Source of the DNA: Candidatus Hydrogenedentota bacterium
Lineage (GTDB): Bacteria; Hydrogenedentota; Hydrogenedentia; Hydrogenedentales; SLHB01
Reading direction: 5' to 3'
Assembly (NCBI GenBank): GCA_034408725.1
Contig: JAWXCN010000075.1
Location: forward strand, 1-17,627
Length of the DNA stretch: 17,627 bases
Shown here: positions 9,614 to 16,917 of the stretch, one piece after another
Layout of the letters: every line of letters begins with the position of its first letter
Numbering within the stretch: the stretch's first letter is position 1
Program-made: the position numbers and the translations under genes
The notes under the pieces: model-generated
The model's input: the letters and a program-made list of their open reading frames with translations, nothing else
Database searches by the model: none
What the model was told of the DNA's origin: nothing

Positions 9614-9853
9614 ATGGTTGCGATACTTCTGATAACACTTTCCGCATTTCTCATCGCGGTGGCGTTCATGGCTGTAGGCGTTATTTTCAGCGGACGCTGT
9701 CTGCGCGGGTCGTGCGGGGGCAACCCCGTGCTGGGTCCTGACGGTGAACCGTTGCTTTGCGCCACATGCCCGAACCGGGACAAGTTGAAGCAGGATTCGT
9801 GTGAACCGGATGGGGTTGGGGCTTGTCCCCGGGAATCTGCGCCGACGCATTGA
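9614..9853 (+). CDS. nqrM: Na+-NQR maturation protein NqrM (DUF539-like)
   Basis: 79 aa with one TM helix ending MAVGVIF, then LRGSCGG and further Cys (CATC). Lies directly after apbE. Confidence 0.85.
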   Translation: MVAILLITLSAFLIAVAFMAVGVIFSGRCLRGSCGGNPVLGPDGEPLLCATCPNRDKLKQDSCEPDGVGACPRESAPTH

Positions 9854-9960
9854 GTGCGGGCAAGAAGATCGCTTCGTACTTCCCAACTATGTCCTTGCGA
9901 TCTGCGTGCGTGAAGTTAAGGCGGTAGCTCCGCTGGCCGCTTCGCAACCGCACTCCAAGG
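9850..9960. repeat. REP/REPIN-like palindromic element between the convergent nqrM and GT2 genes
   Basis: Outer inverted repeat GAGTGCGG 9852-9859/CCGCACTC 9948-9955. Inner AGATCGC 9866-9872/GCGATCT 9897-9903. Right arm hairpin GCGGTAGC 9921-9928/GCAACCGC 9944-9951 followed by ACTCCAA. Confidence 0.55.
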
Positions 9961-9964
9961 CGAC

Positions 9965-11278
9965 CTACTTACTAGTGAAATCCCGGCCTCGCCATTCCAT
10001 GCGTTTGCCGGCAAGTATCTGTGCGGCGGCGCGCGCGAAGAACTGTAGCCGCATGAGCGCGCCGATGGGGTGGAACCATTCGAGCGCCGGCCGCATGTAT
10101 GCGATAACGCGGACTTTTTCCATGCTGGCGACATTGGTGAGATATGCCATGAGCGCGGAGATCGCAACGAAGGTAAGCGAAATACGAAACCCGAAATGAA
10201 GTGTCTGTGCAGCAATAGCCGCCGCGGCGATGGGAAGGGGAAGCGCGTCTTGTATCAGTATCAACACGCACCGGTTCAGCAGGCGCCACAGGCTGTCGTT
10301 ATTCTGCACGCGAATTTTGCGGACGATGAACTGCTGCAATTGGCGGTGGCCGCGGTAAATCCGCACGCGCATCATCGCACTGGTCCAGCACACGCCGACC
10401 TTTCCGCCGTGTTTTTTAATCAACGCCGCGAGAAGCGTGTCTTCTGGTTGCCGATCGCGGATGGCCGCATGCCCGCCGCAGGCGATGTAAACATCGCGCT
10501 TGACCAACACGAACGCTCCCACGCCAATGGCCGCGGTGCGTGGATCATTCAGCTGGTCGTGGTGCGCGCTTTGAATCAGGGCCGCCCACGGCGCTGGCAT
10601 GTAGAACTCTTCACTGAGCGAGCCGTTTGCGAGATGAACGACGCAGGTTAGATAGTCGAGACCTTGCGATTCCGCGCAGGCCATCGCGCTACGAAGCGCC
10701 AGGGGATGGAACATGACGTCCGCGTCGGCCAGCGCGAGCCAGGGTTTTGTGGAATCGCTCTGTTGGGCCGCATGCCAAACCGCATTGGCTTTCCCGAGCC
10801 AGCCCTCGCGCGCGGGCGCATCGTGCAGCACGCGGACGCGCGCGGATTCCAGGGCTATTGTGTCCAAAATTGCGCCTGTTGAATCGGCAGAATGGTCATT
10901 GACAAAGAGAATTGCGAGATTGGGGTAGTCCAACGCGGTGGCGCTTCGCGCGGCGGCTTCAATGGCGTCTTCCTCGTTGCGCGCCGGCACGATCAGCGTG
11001 ACTCCCGGTGTTTCGCGGGGGCCGTGCCCCGATTCCCGCAAGGATGGAAGCCCGTAAAGATTTCTGAGAAATAGCGTGTGGCGTCCACGGTTAGCGAGTA
11101 TTTGCACGACAAATACGATGTTGGCGATTACCGCGAGGATGGCAGACGCCGTAAATGGGACGGCGAGGATTGCGAACAACCCGATCCAGCGTATCATCTG
11201 GATGCGAAATGAATCGGCGCGCCTCACCCAGAGGTCAGCCGGCGCGAGGGGGACAAGGTCGGTTTGGTGATCCTGCAT
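9965..11278 (-). CDS. Membrane-bound GT2 glycosyltransferase, HpnB/CrtQ/CruC-like (lipophilic acceptor)
   Basis: IVPARNEE, VNDHSADST, GWLGKANA, DADV (DxD), GGHAAIR...PED, C-terminal TM helices and EWRGR. Confidence 0.85.
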   Translation of the reverse strand: MQDHQTDLVPLAPADLWVRRADSFRIQMIRWIGLFAILAVPFTASAILAVIANIVFVVQILANRGRHTLFLRNLYGLPSLRESGHGPRETPGVTLIVPARNEEDAIEAAARSATALDYPNLAILFVNDHSADSTGAILDTIALESARVRVLHDAPAREGWLGKANAVWHAAQQSDSTKPWLALADADVMFHPLALRSAMACAESQGLDYLTCVVHLANGSLSEEFYMPAPWAALIQSAHHDQLNDPRTAAIGVGAFVLVKRDVYIACGGHAAIRDRQPEDTLLAALIKKHGGKVGVCWTSAMMRVRIYRGHRQLQQFIVRKIRVQNNDSLWRLLNRCVLILIQDALPLPIAAAAIAAQTLHFGFRISLTFVAISALMAYLTNVASMEKVRVIAYMRPALEWFHPIGALMRLQFFARAAAQILAGKRMEWRGRDFTSK

Positions 11279-11285
11279 TCACGCT

Positions 11286-11314
11286 ATCTTATCGCCGGTG
11301 ATGGCGCCGCGCAA
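11286..11314 (-). promoter_or_regulatory. sigma70-like promoter for the GT2 gene, probably leaderless
   Basis: Minus strand TTGCGC (11314-11309), 17 nt, TAAGAT (11291-11286), then 7 nt to the ATG at 11278. Confidence 0.55.
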
Positions 11315-11318
11315 CGAA

Positions 11319-11347
11319 TTGACAGACCGCTGCCCCGTGCATACGAT
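11319..11347 (+). promoter_or_regulatory. sigma70 promoter for the channel/DUF2207 unit
   Basis: TTGACA (11319-11324, perfect -35), 17-nt spacer, TACGAT (11342-11347). Confidence 0.7.
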
Positions 11348-11366
11348 CAGGGTTGGGGGAAAACTT

Positions 11367-13688
11367 CTGACTACATTCACCCATAGATTCGCATTCGCAG
11401 CGCGACGGATATTGCCGTTACTTCTCGCATGCTTGGCGCATGCGCAGGAGACGCCGCCACAGGAGACGGCGGTGGGGGACCGTTTTGCGACGGTTCGTGG
11501 CGAGATAACCGCGAAAGTCGCCGAGCTGGAGGACCGCATCGCGCTGGCGGAAGCCGGGGCGACACCAGAGCGCGCGGGGGAAATTGGCGTTACCGTTCAG
11601 GAAATGCAGGAACGCGCGCTTCGGCTGCGCGAGATGCGCAGCGTATTCGAAGACCACCTTGATTCCATCGACGCGTATGACGAGGTCCAGAAATCCATTG
11701 TCGCGGCAGATGCCGAGTTACAGTCCTTCACAGGCATACCCGAGCCTGCGCCGTTTACGCCGTGGTTTGTCGATTCCTTCCGTGACGCGCTGGACGCCCG
11801 CATAGCGCAGTACGACATCGCGCGCCGCGCACTGGAACAGGCGCAGCAACAGGTGGCGAAGGCTGTCGAAGACACCAAACTGCGCGCTGGCGAACTTTCC
11901 GTTGCGACGGAAAAACGCGCGGTGAATGACGATGCGGCGCAGCGGGCGACCCTGGAGTGGTCGGCTGATGCGGCGAAAGTTTTTCATGAACTTGTGCAAA
12001 CGCGCAAAGCTTGGGCGGAGTTCATGGTCGAACTCGGGCAGGCCCGCGTAGATTTGCGCGACAAAGAGCGCGATCTCGCGGAACGGCGTTTGAAAACTGC
12101 TGAAGCCGGAGAACGGTATGTCGCTGAAGACCTTGAAACGCGGCGCGCTGAAATTGTCGCCGAGCGCGAGCAGTTGTCCAAGGAACGCGCGGAAGCCGAG
12201 GCCCAACGCGACAAAGCCAGGAAACTTTTGGAGGAAGCGCGCGCGACGTTGGCCGAAGCCGAGCAGGATGCGGAGTATGACGATGCCAAGTATGCCGTGA
12301 CGCAGGCGCTTGTCGAGCGCCGCCGCACGGAAGCGGAAGGCGCGCAGGACAAGGCCACGCTGCTGCGTGAACAACTCGATTACGTTTATAACCTTGAAGA
12401 CATCTGGGGCGCGCGGTACAGCCTGCACATGGATCCGAAGGTGTTTCCGCTGCGCCAACAGCGGGCACGGCTGACTGATTTTATTGCGTCCCTTGGCGTT
12501 TCGCGGCGGACGAATGAGACCCGCGAAGATGTGTTGCGCGAGGACGTGCGAGAGCTCAGCCAGCGCATGGCGCAGATGCAGCCCAGCCTGAACACCATTG
12601 ACAACACGCAGCCAACGCTCAAGATTCGGACAGCGCAACTGGATCAGATCGGGCAATCGCTGAACGCGCGGGGGCGTGTTGAGAAGCTTGCCAGCCGCAC
12701 ACTGGCGGAGGTGATCGAAGTCGAGCAACGGCAGTCGCTCGGCCAGCGGTTGCAGCAGGTGGGCGAAACGGCGCAGCGCGTGTGGGAACGCCAACTCTTC
12801 GAGATTGACGGAAGCCCGCTGACCGTTGGAAAAATTGGCATTTCGTTGATCATCGTCGTGTTGGGCCTGATGCTGACGCGCATTGCCACGCGATTGTTGG
12901 GCCGGGCGCTGCGCTCCCGTCCGCATATTGACCCCACCGCCGCCGCTATCGTCGAACGGCTTGCGTATTACGGTCTGATGGTGTTGGTCGTGCTCTTCGC
13001 GCTTAACACGGTGAACATTCCGCTGACCGTGTTTACCTTCCTCGGCGGCGCGCTTGCGATTGGTGTCGGTTTCGGGGCGCAAAACCTAATCAACAACTTT
13101 ATTTCCGGCCTGATTCTCATGGTGGAACGTCCGATCAAGATTGGCGACGTTGTCGAAGTAGACGGACAACGCGGGCGGATTGTGGAAATTGGCGCGCGGT
13201 GTTCGCATCTGTCTCTGTTTACTGGAATAGACATCTTGGTGCCGAACAGCATTTTTCTGGAAAAGAACGTTGTGAATTGGACATTGAACGATTCCAAAGT
13301 TCAATACTCGTTGACCGTTTCCGTTGTCCACGGGTCGAACACGCGGGACGTGACGAAGCTCCTGATGAAAGCCATTGAAGACCACGGGAAAATTCTCAAA
13401 ACGCCGCCGCCCAATGTGCATTTCAAGGACATCGCAACAAATGCGCTGGTGTTTGAGGTGTTTTACTGGATCAATATCGGGGATGGAAGCGATGGCGGCG
13501 GCGTGTCCAGCGATTTGCGCCATATGATTGAAGGCGCGTTCAGCAACGCGGGTATTGCGTTCGCAATCACGGCCGCGCCATTGGAAAAGCGCTCCGACAG
13601 TAATCCTCTTGAAGTGCGGCTCGTGCGCGCAGCAACGGAACTCCCTGCGGCATCGGCACCAGCGAAACACGATAAAACCGATGCGTAA
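11367..13688 (+). CDS. MscS-family mechanosensitive channel with signal peptide and long exported coiled-coil (MscK-like); start uncertain (ORF track gives 11298)
   Basis: C-terminal MscS core FLGGALAIGVGFGAQNLINNFISGLILMVERPIKIGDVVEV...ILVPNS...VVNWT. About 470 aa of A/E/R/Q-rich heptad sequence follows the signal peptide ending LACLAHA|Q. Confidence 0.88.
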   Translation: MTTFTHRFAFAARRILPLLLACLAHAQETPPQETAVGDRFATVRGEITAKVAELEDRIALAEAGATPERAGEIGVTVQEMQERALRLREMRSVFEDHLDSIDAYDEVQKSIVAADAELQSFTGIPEPAPFTPWFVDSFRDALDARIAQYDIARRALEQAQQQVAKAVEDTKLRAGELSVATEKRAVNDDAAQRATLEWSADAAKVFHELVQTRKAWAEFMVELGQARVDLRDKERDLAERRLKTAEAGERYVAEDLETRRAEIVAEREQLSKERAEAEAQRDKARKLLEEARATLAEAEQDAEYDDAKYAVTQALVERRRTEAEGAQDKATLLREQLDYVYNLEDIWGARYSLHMDPKVFPLRQQRARLTDFIASLGVSRRTNETREDVLREDVRELSQRMAQMQPSLNTIDNTQPTLKIRTAQLDQIGQSLNARGRVEKLASRTLAEVIEVEQRQSLGQRLQQVGETAQRVWERQLFEIDGSPLTVGKIGISLIIVVLGLMLTRIATRLLGRALRSRPHIDPTAAAIVERLAYYGLMVLVVLFALNTVNIPLTVFTFLGGALAIGVGFGAQNLINNFISGLILMVERPIKIGDVVEVDGQRGRIVEIGARCSHLSLFTGIDILVPNSIFLEKNVVNWTLNDSKVQYSLTVSVVHGSNTRDVTKLLMKAIEDHGKILKTPPPNVHFKDIATNALVFEVFYWINIGDGSDGGGVSSDLRHMIEGAFSNAGIAFAITAAPLEKRSDSNPLEVRLVRAATELPAASAPAKHDKTDA

Positions 13689-15603
13689 GTTGAACTCCAT
13701 TTTGTTTTGTTTGGTGTTTTTGCCGGCAGTTGCGCACGCCCAGAACGACGAACGCATTCTCTCGTACGTCAGCGAAGTAACGGTCAACAGTGATGCGTCA
13801 CTGCTGGTGAAAGAGACGATTACCGTGCGGGCGCTGGGTCAATCCATACAGCGCGGCATCTACCGGGATTTCCCGACGAACTACCGGACGGCGTGGTTCA
13901 CTCGTTTCACGACATCGTTCGAGGTGCAGGAAGTTTCGCGGAATGGCAATCCCGAACCCCATCACATTGAAGCGCAGACCAATGGCACGCGGCTTTACAT
14001 AGGCGATGCGGACGTATTGATACCACACGGTGAACACATTTACACGATTGTTTACCGCACGCAAAGCCAGGTGGCGTATTGGGACGACAAAGACGAACTG
14101 TATTGGAACGTGACGGGAAATGGTTGGGTGTTCCCGATTGATGCTGTGGAGGCGCGCGTCCGTTTGCCGCGTTTGTCGGACATTGGCAAATTGGAATTGA
14201 ATGCATATACAGGAGAAGAAGGTTCGACGGAACAGGCGTACACAGCATCGATCGATTCGCTCCGAACGATAGTGTTTAAGAGTGACCGGCCTTTCGTTGC
14301 ATTCGAAGGGCTGACGATTTCCGTGGCGTTTCCCAAGGGACTGGTCGCGCAGCCAACCTGGACTGAGGTGTTGAAGAAATGGACGGCGAACAATCGTGCC
14401 CTTCGATTATGCCTGGTCGGGGTTGCGCTGACGTTTATTTATTTCATGTTTGTGTGGGTCCTTGTCGGCCGCGACCCAAGACCCGGCGCGTTTACAGCGG
14501 TTTCCAAACCACCCAAGGATATTAGTCCTGCCGCAGTCCGGTTCGTTACGCGAATGGGATTTGATCACAAGACCTTTACTGCGGCGCTGGTGAGTTTGGC
14601 GGTCAAAAAATACATCACGATTGCGGAAGTCGATGACGATTATAAGATCGAGCGGTTGAAAGCGCCGGGCGCGGATTGTTCGAAAGAAGAAAAAGGCGTA
14701 CTGAACGCGCTCCTGCCAAACGGCGGATCGATTACGTTGAAACAATCGAACCACAAAAAAGTTTCTTCCGCAATAAAGACATGTCATGACGTGCTTCGGG
14801 GCCAGTATGAGAAGCGGTATTTCGTCACTAACTACGGCTATTTTCTGCCGGGCGTAGTGCTCGGGCTTGGTACGGTCGTGCTCGCAATGTTCTTCGCGCC
14901 TCAGAGGGCGGGCGGAGACGTGATGTTTTTGATGGTTTGGCTTTCAATCTGGTCGATGGGCTGTTTCGTGTTGGGATATGCCGTCATTAGCGCGTGGCGC
15001 ATGGCGTTCCGCGGGTTTGGTAAGTTCGCGCATGCAGTGTTTATTTCTCTGTTCGCGGTCCCGTTTTTCGCCGCGGAGATTTTTGTGCTGGGAATGGTCT
15101 TTGGCGGAAGTGCGGTATGGCTCTTGCCCATTGTGGCTATTGTGGTGTCCATGAATTGGCTGTTTTACCAATTAATGAAAGCGCCCACGCGGCTGGGGCG
15201 GCGCGCATTGGACGAGATCGACGGGTTTCGCATGTACCTACAGGGGGAACAAACGGCGTACTCGGCTGAAACTGCATTACCCGTCGCGGGCGAGTTTAAC
15301 GAGTATTTTCCTTATGCGATCGCGTTGGGATTGGACGACGAATGGGCTGAACGCTTTGATTCCGCGGTGAAAAACCGGGAAGCGCCGGAAGGGGACGGGG
15401 ACACGGAGTTACAAAATAGTCCGTACCGCCCGTATTGGTACCGCGGTGATTCGTGGAACCGCCGGGGCATGCACGGATTCACCGGGGCGTTAGCGACGTC
15501 CATGGCTACATCGATTTCATCGGCATCGACGGCGCCGGGATCGAGCTCGGGTCGATCCTCTGGTGGTGGTGGCGGAGGTGGAGGAGGCGGCGGTGGTTGG
15601 TGA
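13681..15603 (+). CDS. DUF2207 (YciQ-like) membrane protein
   Basis: Start moved from 13528 to the ATG at 13681, overlapping the channel gene by 8 nt. Signal peptide ...AVAHA|Q, ERILSY, GIYRDFP, DELYWNVTGNGWVFPI, several TM helices, YFPYAIALGL, and a Gly/Ser tail ending GGGGGGGW. Confidence 0.9.
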   Translation: MRKLNSILFCLVFLPAVAHAQNDERILSYVSEVTVNSDASLLVKETITVRALGQSIQRGIYRDFPTNYRTAWFTRFTTSFEVQEVSRNGNPEPHHIEAQTNGTRLYIGDADVLIPHGEHIYTIVYRTQSQVAYWDDKDELYWNVTGNGWVFPIDAVEARVRLPRLSDIGKLELNAYTGEEGSTEQAYTASIDSLRTIVFKSDRPFVAFEGLTISVAFPKGLVAQPTWTEVLKKWTANNRALRLCLVGVALTFIYFMFVWVLVGRDPRPGAFTAVSKPPKDISPAAVRFVTRMGFDHKTFTAALVSLAVKKYITIAEVDDDYKIERLKAPGADCSKEEKGVLNALLPNGGSITLKQSNHKKVSSAIKTCHDVLRGQYEKRYFVTNYGYFLPGVVLGLGTVVLAMFFAPQRAGGDVMFLMVWLSIWSMGCFVLGYAVISAWRMAFRGFGKFAHAVFISLFAVPFFAAEIFVLGMVFGGSAVWLLPIVAIVVSMNWLFYQLMKAPTRLGRRALDEIDGFRMYLQGEQTAYSAETALPVAGEFNEYFPYAIALGLDDEWAERFDSAVKNREAPEGDGDTELQNSPYRPYWYRGDSWNRRGMHGFTGALATSMATSISSASTAPGSSSGRSSGGGGGGGGGGGGW

Positions 15604-15618
15604 TCGGCTTGGGCCGAT
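15603..15618 (+). other. Short hairpin immediately after the DUF2207 stop
   Basis: ATCGGC-TTGG-GCCGAT, a perfect 6-bp stem. No U-tract, so not a canonical intrinsic terminator. Confidence 0.35.
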
Positions 15619-15672
15619 GGTAAATGGCTTGCTCACGCAATGGCAGGGGTAGGCTATTCGTGATGAGCGGCC

Positions 15673-15703
15673 AAAGCGGCGCCTTGGGGGCCGCCGCAGT
15701 GCA
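15673..15703. repeat. Single REP-like hairpin related to the element at 9850-9960
   Basis: AAA-GCGGCG (15676-15681)...CGCCGC (15692-15697)-AGTGCA, the same layout as AAG-GCGGT...ACCGC-ACTCCA at 9918-9957. Confidence 0.4.
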
Positions 15704-15779
15704 CATAGGCTTTTCGTTGGAACGTGGTTAGGTATCCTCGGTCGCGGCGTAGCGAGAGTCACTGTTTAGACTGCTTTGA

Positions 15780-16784
15780 TCAACCCAACGGGTTCAGTAG
15801 TTTCTGCACCTCGGGATCGTTGAGGTTTTCAATTGTGACGATGGTGAATCCCGTGTCGATACGTTTTTCGACGGCCTTACCTTGAAGCACTTCGTAGGCG
15901 GCTTTCACACCGTCGTAGCCCATGCGAAACGGGTGTTGAACGATCAGGGCCTGCACGGTACCTTTCTTCAACGCGGCGATTTCGTCGTCTCCCGCGTCAA
16001 ACGCAACCAGTTTAATCTGGCCGCTTCTTCCGGCTGAGTCCAACGCCTGGACCGCGCCGACAGCGGCGGGTTCGTTCGCGGCGAAGATTCCCTTCAGGTC
16101 ACGATATGCGGTAAGCCAGTCCTCAGTGATGTTCATTGCTTTCACGACATCGCTCTCGCAATATTGTATATCCACGATCTGAACGCCGGGCGATTCGGCG
16201 GCACCAGTTTTGAATCCCTGTTCGCGCTGCTCGGAAGTTCCCGCGCCCTTGACGTAGGGAATCAGGCCTACTTCGCCTTCGTTTCCGATGAGTTTGCTCA
16301 ATTCGCGGGCAGCGGCTTCGGCAGCGGCGATGTTGTCGGTCGCGATAAATGATACGGGCAGATCGGAGTTGACGCCGCTATCGATCATGATGACAGGAAT
16401 CTTTGAGTCCATCGCTTTTTTGATCACGTCAACCAGCGCGTCCTGATCGCAGGCGGCCATTACGATTGCGTCAACGCCCGCGCCGATCTTGTCTTCGATG
16501 AGATTGATTTGTTCGACAACCTCGGTTTCCTTTTGCGGGCCGTCCCAATCGATTTCGACTCCGAGGTCTTTGCCCGCGGCATCGGCGCCCGCTTTCACCG
16601 TAAGCCAGAACTGGTGCGTGAGGCCTTTGGGTACGACGGCGAAGGTGAGTTTTTCCGCGGGCTTGGTGTTTGCCGGAACTGTCGAGGTTATCGTTGACGA
16701 ATCGTTCGATGTTTTAGGTTGGGAAGGTTGACAGCCACAAAGGATTGTTAGTGCCACAAGAATTCCAAGGCATCCCCGATACAT
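15780..16784 (-). CDS. Sugar ABC transporter substrate-binding lipoprotein (RbsB/periplasmic binding protein type 1)
   Basis: SD GGAGGG, lipobox ILCGC, VPKGLTHQFWLTVKAGA, IPVIMIDSG, FIATDN, GIFAANE, LVAFD, IVQHPFRMGY, IDTG. Confidence 0.92.
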   Translation of the reverse strand: MYRGCLGILVALTILCGCQPSQPKTSNDSSTITSTVPANTKPAEKLTFAVVPKGLTHQFWLTVKAGADAAGKDLGVEIDWDGPQKETEVVEQINLIEDKIGAGVDAIVMAACDQDALVDVIKKAMDSKIPVIMIDSGVNSDLPVSFIATDNIAAAEAAARELSKLIGNEGEVGLIPYVKGAGTSEQREQGFKTGAAESPGVQIVDIQYCESDVVKAMNITEDWLTAYRDLKGIFAANEPAAVGAVQALDSAGRSGQIKLVAFDAGDDEIAALKKGTVQALIVQHPFRMGYDGVKAAYEVLQGKAVEKRIDTGFTIVTIENLNDPEVQKLLNPLG

Positions 16785-16868
16785 TGTCCACCCTCCATTT
16801 ATTTAATCTTCTTGTTTCGCGCATCAACCATGCTCGAAATCCTCTTGTTGGTTCAAATTTCGCGGTAT

Positions 16869-16884
16869 GTGAAACCGGATTGAC
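16869..16884. promoter_or_regulatory. LacI-family operator-like palindrome
   Basis: GTGAAACCGGATTGAC matches its reverse complement at 12/16 positions, is centred on CG, and differs by two bases from the ideal TGAAACCGGTTTCA. It lies 85 nt upstream of the sugar-binding gene. Confidence 0.4.
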
Positions 16885-16908
16885 TCGCTCATGTGCATGC
16901 AGTAGCGT
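16880..16908 (+). promoter_or_regulatory. sigma70-like promoter for the GTPase gene
   Basis: TTGACT (16880-16885), 17 nt, TAGCGT (16903-16908), then 9 nt to the ATG at 16918. Confidence 0.5.
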
Positions 16909-16917
16909 TACGCAACA

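Noticed and set aside
11718..13082. 454-aa minus-strand ORF
   Set aside because: Antisense mirror of the channel gene with no independent evidence.
15562..15600. GGN triplet run (possible tandem repeat or G-quadruplex)
   Set aside because: Encodes the poly-Gly-Trp tail normal for DUF2207 proteins, with varied wobble bases.
16902..16911. GTAGCGTTAC as a second LacI-like site
   Set aside because: Only 10 bp and 8/10 symmetric, with arm spacing unlike the first site. It coincides with the -10 box and is plausible by chance.
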